The notes beneath the pieces are model-generated. The model ran no database searches. It saw nothing but the letters and a program-made list of their open reading frames with translations, and had not been told where the DNA came from. A stretch of 64,000 nt of DNA from Curvularia clavata (taxonomy: Eukaryota): the NCBI GenBank assembly GCA_023920165.1, contig CP089277.1:2666001-2730000 (forward strand), read 5' to 3'. Shown here in pieces: positions 49,521 to 61,197 of this stretch; position 1 is the stretch's first letter; every line of letters starts with the position of its first letter. The translations under genes were made by a program, and so were the position numbers.

Positions 49521-50226
49521 CGTGCATGATAATTGTATATAATTGATTTGGGCGTATGCAGGCCCACGGGTGATGTTTTTCTCTGTACCATGGCCGTCAC
49601 ATGCGGTGAACCCTCGAATGACGCACCTTCCGTGTTCCCCAGGGCTTCTTGGCAGGGCTCTTCGCTCTCATAGAATAGAGACCCGCACCACTGGCGACCT
49701 AAGACACACTTTCATAACAAACACACGCTATTATTCGCATATCCACGCTTCCCGTTTGCCCCAAGCTAGCATCAGAGCCACCAGGGGTGTTTGTCTGCCA
49801 CAGCCACCTCCGCTCGTAATATCCAGTGAGACCTCCATAGCTGATCCTACTCCGCTTCAGTCGCCGCTACTGCAGCCCAGGGTGTGCGCTACTCCCCTAC
49901 CACGTTGCATCCCACCAAGAGCTCGTTCACCTCACCCTCCAGCCTTGCGACACGCACGCGCGCTTTGACCGGACGCCACAAACCCTGGTTTGTTACCATC
50001 ACACCTCTCAGCTCCTCTGTTTGACCACCTCACATCGCCCACGCCTGCACACACAGCTCGTTACGTTCAATTGCAAGCGAGTTGACTGCAAACGACGACG
50101 ACCCAACCCGCCCTGAAGCTGCCCTCGCCCCCCATCGCCCGACACTCCAGAACACACGAATTACAAAACTCAGGCACAACCTCGAGCTCCCGTAGGTCGC
50201 ATCCGGCCTACCCCACTTCCTTCTGC

Positions 50227-52851
50227 ATGTCTGCGTCGCCGTCGAACGCGAGAATGCGGGGGCAAACCTATACAGAGGCTCAATTGCTGGCTCTCAAGGA
50301 ATCACCACTCGTCAAGAAGCCCGATGGCCTGCCGTCAATCTCGCAATGGATGGACGTGCCTGCCGATCAGAGTGCCAACAATGGCGGCCACACAAACAAC
50401 AACAACAACAACAATAACAACAATGGCACTATGCGTCGCACTCGAGGTGCTCGGGAGGGAGAAGGTGCTGCGACAAGCGAGCAGCGGCCACTGCACAACC
50501 CTATGGGTCAGTTTGGTCGGCGCCAGAGCATGCGTAAGTCTTCTGAAGCTCAGGGCATCAAGGCCGCTATTAACGCGCTTTTTGTAGAACCCGGCGAAGA
50601 GACTGTGCTCGGTCCGCCAAAGCTAGCCTTTCTCTCAGCCCGTACCCCAGCCAAAGCAGCGGGTGACGCAAAGGACCGTACAGGCTTCACCTCGACAGAC
50701 GGAGACAACGTCGGGGATCGCTTCCCGAAGAACGACCGATGGACGCGGGACCGTGAGACTGATCGAACTAGAGACAAGGGCTATGCCAATGGACGCCGCG
50801 GCCAGCGAGATGACGGCGAGGGCTGGACTAACGTCAAGGGTCGCAAGAGCCTTGGTCAGGAGGACTTTGAGCGCTTCAGCCGCAATGGTGACCGCAACCG
50901 CGACAAGCATGAGGGCGATCCAGAGGCTGAAATGGCCCCGCGCCGAAACAACCGTGATCGGAACGAGCCACGATGGGGTCGCCGTGACGAAGGCAGAGAT
51001 GAAGGTGGTGCAAAGACCGGCGTTCAGGGTGGTTGGCGTGATCGTGAGCGAGATAGGGAGCGTGATAGTGGCCGCGAGTGGACACGGGGTGGTGCCAATA
51101 ACCGTGGCGAGGAGGACCCTGAGTGGATGGATGCCAAGGTGGAAAAGAAGGAGTTCAAGCCGCGTACACAGGAAGACTTTCAACGCTGGAAAGAGCAAAT
51201 GCGGGCTAAGGACACGCCAGGTGGTGAAAAGGAAGAGGCGAGAGAGGCTCCAGCGGAGATTTCTACTGCCAGCGCCATCACTGCCGCTCCCATGTTGACT
51301 GCGCCTTTACACGCACCCTCCGCTGGCGAACCTACCCAAGGCATTTTGTTTGGAAACTGGGGCAGAGACAAGTCTTCAGAGATGGCGCCTGCAGAGACCA
51401 TTTCCGCAAAACCAAGGCCAGACAAGAAGTCAAGGTTTATGACCATGTTCGCCAAACCTGAGGACCAGCCAGCAGGCCCGAATCAATTGCCAGCACCACA
51501 CTCTGGATCTCCTGCACCTCCTGTAGAAGCGAATGCTGATAAGGAAGGCTTTCAGCGTATTCTTCAGATGCTCGGCCAGGTCAGCACAGGCCCATCACCC
51601 GCTCCTCAACCACCTACCAATATGCCTACGCCACCCAATGGCATGAGGCATGGTGGTGGTATTTCCCTAGACTTTCATCAACAATCTCCTCCACCAGACC
51701 CGCAACACGGCAGGCCACCACCACCACGAAGCCTCGAACAGCAGAGCATTCTAGAGAATATCTTGGCCCCTCGTCCTGCTCAGCCAGATCCTCGTGCTTC
51801 GCAGCAATCGCGTTTCAACAGCATGTCGTCTGAGAATACTCACGCTGATCAGTTCAGACTTGTCCGTCCGGGTTCTGGTCACCCTGAAGACCATTTCCCT
51901 CATCAACCGCCGCCACCACCGCGAACCATTGCCCAAGATGCCAACCTCACTGCTCTCCTCAACAGCCGGGCAAGGGAAGAATCACAGCGCGACCAAGCTA
52001 CCAAGCAACGTGAGCGTGACTTCTTACTGAACCTTATGCAGCAGCCATCTCGCAGCACACCCCCACAAGCACAAGGCCACAACCTGCCTCGTCCAACACA
52101 AGAAAACCCGAATATGCCTTTCTTTGACCAACAAAGACAGCAACCCCAACCCCAACCACAAGCTCAACTCCCCAAGGGCCGTGGTGGCCTTCCTCCAGGA
52201 TTCATGGAAGACCCCCGCATGTTTAACGAAAGCGAAATGCTGCGACGAGATGCTGCTGATCGCCGCGAGCAAATGGAGCTACGACAACTGCAGCAGATCC
52301 AACAACAACAAGAGGCCATGCGCGCGAAGAACCCACGCATGCCCATGGGATTCCCCGGACCTGAAGATGCCCTCATGGGTCTTCAACGCCGTAACACGGG
52401 CGGGGACCCTCGTATGCCTACCAACATGGGCATTCCCTCACAACCCACACCCGATATGCAGTACATGGGCGGCCGCGGCCAGCCCGGCATGCCGCCAACA
52501 CCCCAAGAGCGACCAAACATTGCTCCACCCCCAGGTTTCGGCGGTCCCATGCGTCAGCCACCCGGTCTCGGTGGCCCCGCCCCTCCTCAAATGGGCCCCG
52601 GCGGACCAAGTTTCTCAGCCGGCAACACACCACTTGGGCACCCTCCTGGCTTCCCTCCAGGCGGCAACATTCGTGGCCTAGGCTTCCCAGGCGGACCTGG
52701 CAGCAACGGCATGCAAGGCCCACCGGGCTACTTCCCACCACCAGGATACGGTGGACCACCCATGCCTGGTATGCCGCGTGGTGACGATCCAAGAATGATG
52801 TTTGATCCCCGACAGCAGCCCGGTCGTCCTGGTCCTCCTAATATGTATTAA
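50227..52851 (+). CDS. Eap1/4E-T-like eIF4E-binding protein
   Basis: N-terminal YxxxxL-phi motif (YTEAQLL), EEDPEWMD, KKSRF..MF and several PPGF motifs (GYF-ligand type). Asn homorepeat from (AAC)n. In-frame 54-nt intron at 50534-50587. Confidence 0.75.
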   Translation: MSASPSNARMRGQTYTEAQLLALKESPLVKKPDGLPSISQWMDVPADQSANNGGHTNNNNNNNNNNGTMRRTRGAREGEGAATSEQRPLHNPMGQFGRRQSMRKSSEAQGIKAAINALFVEPGEETVLGPPKLAFLSARTPAKAAGDAKDRTGFTSTDGDNVGDRFPKNDRWTRDRETDRTRDKGYANGRRGQRDDGEGWTNVKGRKSLGQEDFERFSRNGDRNRDKHEGDPEAEMAPRRNNRDRNEPRWGRRDEGRDEGGAKTGVQGGWRDRERDRERDSGREWTRGGANNRGEEDPEWMDAKVEKKEFKPRTQEDFQRWKEQMRAKDTPGGEKEEAREAPAEISTASAITAAPMLTAPLHAPSAGEPTQGILFGNWGRDKSSEMAPAETISAKPRPDKKSRFMTMFAKPEDQPAGPNQLPAPHSGSPAPPVEANADKEGFQRILQMLGQVSTGPSPAPQPPTNMPTPPNGMRHGGGISLDFHQQSPPPDPQHGRPPPPRSLEQQSILENILAPRPAQPDPRASQQSRFNSMSSENTHADQFRLVRPGSGHPEDHFPHQPPPPPRTIAQDANLTALLNSRAREESQRDQATKQRERDFLLNLMQQPSRSTPPQAQGHNLPRPTQENPNMPFFDQQRQQPQPQPQAQLPKGRGGLPPGFMEDPRMFNESEMLRRDAADRREQMELRQLQQIQQQQEAMRAKNPRMPMGFPGPEDALMGLQRRNTGGDPRMPTNMGIPSQPTPDMQYMGGRGQPGMPPTPQERPNIAPPPGFGGPMRQPPGLGGPAPPQMGPGGPSFSAGNTPLGHPPGFPPGGNIRGLGFPGGPGSNGMQGPPGYFPPPGYGGPPMPGMPRGDDPRMMFDPRQQPGRPGPPNMY

Positions 52852-52943
52852 GCAGAAGAGATGAAAGATGAGCAGAGGAGGTTATAAAGAAACACATGTG
52901 GTTGTGGGAAAAAGAGATGGGTAACGTAGCACACATGTATGTA

Positions 52944-52968
52944 TGTGTGTGTGTGTGTGTGTGTGTGT
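52944..52968. repeat. (TG)n microsatellite
   Basis: Read directly, in the 3' region of the Eap1-like gene. Confidence 0.95.
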
Positions 52969-53843
52969 CTGTAGAGACGGAGGAACGGGGCAACAAACGG
53001 CTGCTGGGAACTGTTTACTTTAACTTTTACTTTACTTGTGAAGCGAGTCAGCAAGGCAAGGCGAGAGATAACATTAGCATGTTGGGAGGTACCAAAGTTT
53101 TCACGTCACACCCACAGAGAGGGAGAGGGAGAGAGAGGGAGAGAGAACAAATCAAAAAAAGCCTAGCAGCAACAAGCAGCAGCGGGTGTAAATTATACAG
53201 TCCTTTTTCTTTTCTTTTCTGATTGGTTGATTGAGCTGCTTCTCCTTTTTTTCTCCTCTCTTGGGTTTTTCCATGTATGTGTGTATAACTGAAATGTTTT
53301 AGTCTTAGTAGTGCAGGTCGGGTGGGCTTTTTTTTCTGGGAGCAGGTAGCGTAGTACAATATAGTGCAGCGTTTGGCATAAAAAAGGGTAGGATGCGAAT
53401 GTGGAATGTAACGTGTAAGCATAAAGAATGACCTTTTGTAGACAACAAGAAGAGAGAAAAAAAACAGGGTGAGAAGATTTTGACGGGCGTTTGTGATGTG
53501 AAGTATGGTATGAAGTCTGTGTTGCGTCACTCATGGATCACTGTGAGTGAGGTGTCACAAATTAAAGGGTTCTTTCATGAAAATGGCAGGATGAACGAAA
53601 TATATTGTTAGTTTTTTTTGTTTCCCTCAGCTATTCGTCTTCCTTGTATACCAAATCATACACTTTGTAAGATTATCAAACGCTATCTAGCCAGAAAAGG
53701 ATCAGAAGTGAAATTGGAAGATGTGATTAACATGAGTATTAAGATCTCCTAGTTCAAAAAGAACGGAAGAAAAGAGGGAAAAAGAAAAGTAGTGATCACG
53801 GTCAAGTCTTTCTCATCTTCAACTTCTTGCTACCTTTTCTTCC

Positions 53844-55571
53844 TTACAGCGCAAGCATGCCAAACAAACTTATGGCAACCAAGACACTGTAGATGCCCAT
53901 GACCAAGTCACCATGAGCAAAGAATCCCGGTGCATTGACGCTAGGAGCAGCAGCCTTGGAGCCAGAGCTCTTTGCCGCGCCTCCGTTTCCGCCACTGACA
54001 CCGGCAGTACCCTTGCCCGTGGCAGTTGGGACGGAACCCTGACCGTTTGAGCCGGCAGCACTGAGAAGAGAGGCGCAGCCGGTGGCAGTGGCAGCCGACT
54101 GTGTCTTCGCCCTACCGGAGAAGTTGCAGGCATCGGCGCGCTTGTTCTGACCGAGATAGTATTGGTTTGCGACAAAGGCAAGTTGGTCCTTGGGATCGCA
54201 GCCAGAGTAGGCACCAAAGGAGCCGGTAGTGGCGTTACGAGCAATACCCTCACAGTACTTGGAGTTCTGGCCGCAGATGTAGTTGAAGTCGTCCTGGTAT
54301 GCGTCCTCGTCGTTGGAGGTGTAGGTGCACTGCAGGCTGTCTACCATACAGGCGCAGAGCTGGGGGTTGACGTTTGGAGGCAATGGGGAAGCCTGTGCGA
54401 GCCATGTGCCACCGACTGAAGGGCAAGCAGGTGGGGTGTTGGTTGGCGTGTAGGCGGAGCGCTGGGTACCAGAGGGGGTAACAGATGCCAGCTGGCTCTG
54501 GAGAGAGGTAAAGTCAGGATAAGGAGAGACGCTGGCGTCGTTGTTTGTGAGCGAGACAAGACCGTAGTTGTTGGCGCCCATGAACCACTCGTAGACAATA
54601 CCGCCCGAGAAGACGTTGGTCATGTTGCCGTAAAGGACTGAGACCTCAGTAAAAGGCCGAGATGTGGGACCACCAGATAAACCCTCGATGCATCCGTATT
54701 CGGCGAAGAAGACGGGAACAGGATAGTTGGAGAAGAACTTGACACGCTCATCGTAAGAAGAGGAGGCGTAGTTGCTGTCACCGCACCAGGAGTATACGTT
54801 GTAACCCCAGAAGTCAATGGATGTCTTGTTGCCTGAGTCACCGGGCTGGCAAGCAAAGTAGTGGGCAAGGTCGTCGCGCGAAGGCACGTCTGCGGTAGCG
54901 TAGCCTACACCCAGCGTCTTGCGGTAGTTCTGGTTTTGAATATACGTCTTTGTATCACGGACAGCAGCCTTGACAAAAGCAGCAGCGGCAGTTTGGTTGT
55001 CAGCGCTGACGTTCTCGTTGCCAGCAAAGAAACCAATGACGTTCTTGTACTTGCTCAGCGAGTCAATGACACCGGTGTAGCGCTGGTAGAGGGTAACATC
55101 CCACTCTGGGTCGTTTGAGCGAATCGATGTAGAAGGCTCGCCCAGGTCCGAGACGACGTAGATGTCTGCGCTGGCGAGCTGCTCCATGCAGTCGTCGTGG
55201 TTCTTGGTAGGGTCAATTGCATAGACGCGGATGACATTGGTGAAGATTTGCTTGAGATAGGGAATGTCTCTTCGGCAGGCAGCGCCGTCTGCGAGGGGGT
55301 CGGTGTAAGTGGCGTTGGCGCTGGTAGAGCCGTTGGGGTTGTAGTTTTGCTGGTAAGCTACACCCTTCATGAAGCTGCATAGACAAGTTAGTGCGACAGG
55401 AAATGGCTATGAAAGGCGGATTGGCGCTTACAATTGCGAGCCATTGTTAGAGTAGAAGAAGTGCTGGCCGTAGACCTCGATTTCAGGAATGTCGTCGTAG
55501 CTGGCAGCCTCTACGTGGGTGGCCGCCAGGGCCGCCACTGCAGCCTGGAGCACGCTCTTCCACATGACCAT
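53844..55571 (-). CDS. GH72+ beta-1,3-glucanosyltransferase (Gas/Gel) with X8/CBM43 domain and GPI signal
   Basis: Signal peptide from ATG 55571; intron at 55375-55431. Motifs FFMKGVAYQ, DPLAD...C.RD, GFFAGNE, YSWCG and PVFFAEYGC. Cys-rich X8 region, Ser/Thr/Gly linker and hydrophobic C-terminus. Confidence 0.93.
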
Positions 55572-57267
55572 AGTCGTGAGCGGATGTAACGAATGTCAGT
55601 GTGTAATTAACTCAGTAGCGAGTGTCAAGAAGCTTTCGAAGCTCTGTAGCGCTGCCGGGCGGGCGACGAGAGGAAGACAGCCTACTTGTAAGTAAGCGGT
55701 AGTGGGGAACAAAGACACGGACGGCAGCGTTTGGGGAGAGCCGGTGTTTTCATAAGCTGGGGACGCGTGTCTAGCTATACGGCGTCGGGCTGCAGGTACT
55801 ACGAGGGAGCTATTCCAATCACATTAATGGCGCTGTGGCTGACGACGCTGGCCGGGCCGAGGGGCGACGTAAGAGGGCGTAATGACGGATGAGATGGATG
55901 CACTTGGTGGTGGGCGAGTGGGGCGGTGCAATTGGCCCACACCCCCACCAGTCCCGCGCTAAGCTTTTCAGATGTGGCTTGGTTCCCCGGATTTGCGTGA
56001 CAGCGTCGCGAGCACGACAAAAAGGCTTTGTGTTTTTTTTTCTGCTATCATCCAGCATTTTCTGTGTCATCAGCCGTCGCATCTGTCCGCGATCGCGCCG
56101 TAAAGGAGCGCGACGTACCAGGTGGCTGCGCTGGAAAGCCGGCAGCCAGCTTCCGGATGATGCGCCACTTGCAGTGCTCGCCTAAACACCACGCGTATTC
56201 CGCCGCTACACGAGCCCGCCGTCCCCTTTGGCCTTCTCTTCGTGTGCCAAACACAGCAAAGGCGCATAGGGCACTCTGCGCGCCTGCGGTATACAGTAGC
56301 ATGTCCATTGTTTTACGCACACGACGCCCCAGCTACCCGTGGGCCACAACAGATGGTGATGCTGCCATTCGCCCACAACTGAGACTAATCCCAATGTGGT
56401 GTTGGCCGCTCGTCATGTGCCTTGCTCCCAACTCCTACGTCTCTGTAATCTCACAGTCGCATCCTTCTCGTCTCTGCACCTGCTATAATTGTCCAGCGGC
56501 ACGATAGATTGCGCTACCTGTCAGCCCCCTCTAGCCCTGTCTGTACCTGACCGGCTCAACAGGCGTCCCGTTCCTGTCCTCAAGCTCGGCGGAACCGCAC
56601 GGCACATTCGAATCTGCCTTGTGAAACCATCAACGTTGGACTACAATTGATCCTGTATCTTGTGGAGCATGTCGCCGGTCGCTGATCAAATGGTGCCGCC
56701 ACATTTCGACTATGTTGTGGCGCATAGGCCTGGTCCTATGAGAGGGCCAGGAAAGCTTGTAGTACGTTCAAGCTTTGGCGGTTGCGCTAGGTACAACCGA
56801 CGCCCAGCATTTTGCATCAACTACCAGCCCAACCGAACTTGACAGCAACTACTGGTAGCAGGCTCGCAGACAGCCAGGGCTATTGGGAATCCAGGAGCTG
56901 CGTGAACAACTTCGTCTTTCCGGAAACAAGCCTTCGGAGAACACCCATGCCACCTATGCATGTCGAGGACGAACATGTCAGAGCCAGAGACTTGAAACTT
57001 GCAATAACAATGCAAGCATACTGCTGCCAAAGACAACCGCATTGACTAGTCAAAGATAATCTAGAACCCAAGCAGGTGCCATTACTTGACACCTGCCAGA
57101 ACGATTAACGCGTAACGTGGCGCAGCACATTACTTCCGCTTCTGGAATTTTTCGAAGATCATTGTGCATTAGTGGCGTACTCGCGCCTAGCTATGTATCT
57201 GATTTGAAGAGAAAAGAGAAAGAAACCCAAAACCACGAATTTACCCCTTCCAACTATCTCATATCTC

Positions 57268-58620
57268 TTATAGCATAACAGCCATGCCCTGAGAGTTCTT
57301 GCCTGCACCCATGCGTCCCAAATCGAAATGCTGTATCTGTTTCATTGATCCCTTTCCTCCAGATACATCCAATACTGTGATCGCTGCATTCGTCGTTCCA
57401 TTGCCCGGACTGAGCGCATAGACAAAGTCGCCTGCAGCACGGAGATCAATGAGGCCTGGGTCACCGTTTGCAGAAAGATCGAGCTCTTTGATGATGCTGG
57501 CATCGTCCAGGCTCATCTCCACTACACGATTTACGGCAACATCCGTCACGTAGGCGCTGTTTGTCGCGTCGGAGATGGTGGCCCAGCAGGTTGCTTTCTG
57601 TCCTTCAATTTTACCCGCGCCCTTGACGGTTGCCTGACCCGCTGAATCCATCTTCAAGACGGCCGCACCGAATGAGGCATCTGTAACGAAAAGCGAAGAA
57701 GGGTCTTTGGCCATGATCGCTGAACCGAATAATACAGCCGTACCATCGGGGGAGCTCTGCGTGCCCTTTGTGGAAACTTTGTTTGGCCCGCCTTGTCCAG
57801 CCTGGACCGGAAATGTGGAAAGGAATCCAGTCTTGTTCACTGTAGGGTCGCCCTTGACAGTGGTGAACAGCGCCGTCTCATCTGCTGAGAAGAAGGTGTG
57901 AGACACAGTGTTCAATGGCCCCAAGGGTGGAGTTGTTTGCCCAAGATCGAAAGGGCGTAAATTGTCCATTTGGCCGATGCCTTTGTTCGAGAAGCTTGCG
58001 CAGGAGACACCAGCTACTGCGCCCGTGGTACCGACACAAGCGACTTTGTTCTTTGCCGATGCAGCGACCGTATTGGGGAACTCGCCAGGAACCTTGACTG
58101 GTTTGCCTACGCAAGTCAATGCTGTGGGGTCTCGGCCTGAGATGGCCATCATGGTGAGCGTGTTGGAGCCTGCATTTACGGCGAAGAGGCTCTAGGGGAT
58201 GTGTTAGCTCCCTGTATTGCATCGCCAGGACAAAAACATGTGAGAAACTGTCTGAAAGGCTGAGGAAAAACTTACATTGCCAACAACCGTCACGGCGGAC
58301 TGTGATGCTAGTGCATCAGGTGCTTCTGGCTTTCCTTCTGCGTCGACAGCGGCTGATCCCGCGCCACCTGTCTTTGCCATTTTACCCGCAGATAACTTGC
58401 CGTCGGCTCCAATAGGTAATGCGACGACCGCATTTTCAGCGGCATTGGTGAGAATATAGACTGCCTTTCCAACTTTTACGGCCTTGTTAGAGCCCTGGGG
58501 CATGCAACTCATTCCACCCTGTTGCTGCTTTCCCTGCTTCATACCGGGACCATGTTGTTGATGAGGAGCCGCCACTGCCAGCAGCGGGAGTAAAGAAAGA
58601 AGAGTGGCAATATACATCAT
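57268..58620 (-). CDS. Secreted beta-propeller, lactonase/3-carboxymuconate cyclase-like (gp70-like)
   Basis: Signal peptide; intron at 58192-58275. Motifs AVY.LTN...N.VVA, D.L.SQ, LFAVNAGSNTL, GEFP.TVA and GQKATCW. Confidence 0.8.
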
Positions 58621-59624
58621 GTCGAATTTTTGGGGTTCGTGTGTGCCAGCAACAAAAGTACCACAGAATTAAATTTCAAATTTCAGAGGATATCGAAGAA
58701 GAATAGGAGAATATTGATGTTGAGTTGCAAGGTTGTAAGTATCGAACAAACCTTAGCTTCCTGGTCCTCTTTATACACTACTGCCCTCTGCCACTGCCAG
58801 CCAGTGTACTCTGTGTTTCCCAACAGTTACCTACCAGATGACCCTATCACTATTTCCTCAAGCGGTATAGCGCTCCGCCTCTCCTGCGTACGGGGCTTGT
58901 GCTTACCATAGACTGCACACATTCCAAGCCTCAAAGCCGGAACCATCAGCCTATCCTGAGGCTTCAAGTGTGTCCGCAAATTGCTGGTGGCTATTTGCGA
59001 GCGGCAATCGGGTACACGGCCAAGTGCGAAACACCTTTCTTGTATCAAGGCACGAAGCAAAGACATGTCTCGTCGATCATTACCAAAACAGGCAATTTGA
59101 TTCACGAAGCAAGATTACCTGTTGCGGTTAGGCGTGGAACGATCCCTCTGTTCTGTCCCCTCCAGCTCCCTGCCACCCTGCCCCCGCTCCTCGGGTATTT
59201 CTCAAACAGTGCCAGTGGTGGAACTGGAGATTTTTAGGGGTGTGTCCGCGCGCGCATATGTGAACCCGCACCTTTCTATTTGACGTCTACCTTCTCGGCT
59301 TTGACCAGTCTCCCGGCTAATGTCGATTCGCAGCACGGAGTCAAAGAGTTGCAGATTGATCGCGGAAAAACGTTGATGCCGCGCATTGCATTGATGATTG
59401 TGGGGAAGGGATACTGTGTGATACCCTAGCTCAGCGCGCATCAAGCAGTCCTCACCGGAGGGAGCTCAGCTACATACATAACAACGTCCATATCGAGGAA
59501 TTGGCAGATTAGTCACGAAGACACGTGGTGTTGGGAGGCTGTTTACGGGCTCTCCTGTCTTGGTTCTTTTCTCTTTTTGTCTCTCTTTTTCCTATTAGGT
59601 GGCTGGAAGCCAGCATAGTGACAG

Positions 59625-60924
59625 ATGAGGAAATTCACGTTTAAGCCTTTTAGAGGCGACAAGACGTCTTCTACGGATGGTATGTGGGGCGCGTTCCCTT
59701 TCAGACTTGTAGTGGAGAAAGATGATCGGTGCTACAAGGCTCTGTGGTCTCACACCTCAGGCAGATTCAGCTGAACCTCGAAATCCAACACAAAGGCGAA
59801 GAGAGCAGGTCCGCAGAGCGCAAAAGTATGTTACACGACCCTCTTTCCCTCAGCCTGCCGCCATCTCACATTGAGAGTATGTTTGTTGGCGATGATATGA
59901 AGTATACTCTTTCTAGATGTCCTCACAATCTAACATAACTCTCAGAACCCACCGCGAACGAAAAGAAGCATACGTCGCGTCACTAGAGAGCGAAGTAGTG
60001 CGTCTTCGCGCCAATGAAGCGCGCCTGGAGTCAGAGACCAAAGCGCTGTATGCGGAAAACAACGTGCTGAGAAAGCTGTTGACACAACAAGGGATTCGAC
60101 TACCAGCAGAAACGGTACCAGGGAGTCATGTTACCAACAACACCGGCTATTCCTCCACGACCAGCCCGGGCTATTCCTCAACTTCCTTTTCAGATGAAGC
60201 AACTGACTCCACACTCACACTATCCATAACACAAGAAGACCCCGGTGCCAAACGAAAGAATCGTCGAAAACAAATCTACATCCAGCAGCAACAGCAACAA
60301 TCACAAGCATCACCTAGACCGAACCAATCCTCTGGCGCGATAAACTTCTCACAGCCCATCACGCCACCTTTATCTGGCTCTGCAACATCGCATTTCGCTG
60401 CTCCCAGCAATCCCACCTTATTACCAACCGCCACCCTCAGCGCTCTCGACCACGAAGCCCTCGGCATGGACTTTGTCCTAACCCTCGAATCCCCCTGCCT
60501 CTCCCACATCGACGTCGCCACAAATTCCTCCCAACCCCACTCCCACTCCACACCCGGAACTGCCCTGACAACAACAACCGGCCACGCCCTCACTCTCTCC
60601 GCCTGCCTCCTCCACACGCACCCTTCCCCCGCTGGCCAACGCCTCGATTCCTCCGCTGCCTGGCCTGTCCCGCGCGCCAATCTGTCTCAACTCCTCGCCC
60701 TATCTGCTCAAATCCCTTTGGCGGATGACGAAGTGACGCCCATCCAAGCCTGGGAGTTTGTACGGCGGCATGAGGGGTTTGGCGGTTTGGATCTGGCGAG
60801 GTGGGAGGCGCTGAAGGAGAAGCTGGTAGCGGCGGTGAGGTGTTATGGGTTTGGAGGTGTCGTGGGGAGGGATGTCTTGGAGAATAGTGTTTTTGAGGCG
60901 TTTGTGGTAGGGAGGGTGTTTTGA
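59625..60924 (+). CDS. bZIP transcription factor
   Basis: Exons 59625-59679, 59765-59825 and 59946-60924 rebuild the basic region RRREQVRRAQKTHRERKEAYVASLE plus the leucine zipper. C-terminal fungal block GMDFVLTLESPCL...EVTPIQAW...CYGFG. Confidence 0.85.
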
Positions 60925-61197
60925 GGTCTCAGGGACTTTTGTGAGAGCCGAGAAGATATGGATGGGGTGAGTTACTGGAAGGTGTGAGGAACGTGGAGTA
61001 TGGAGTATGGATGGATGGCTGGTGGAATGTCGGCTACTCTATTCGTGAAATTCTGTGTAGTTGGCTTGGATTGATACCTCTGTTTACGATTATTCGTCAT
61101 TTTTACATGTTTCTACAAATATTTACATCACTATCGTACATTGCGGCAAATATGGAATTCAAAGAGCTGAATTCATTCCACGCTCGATGACCATTCC

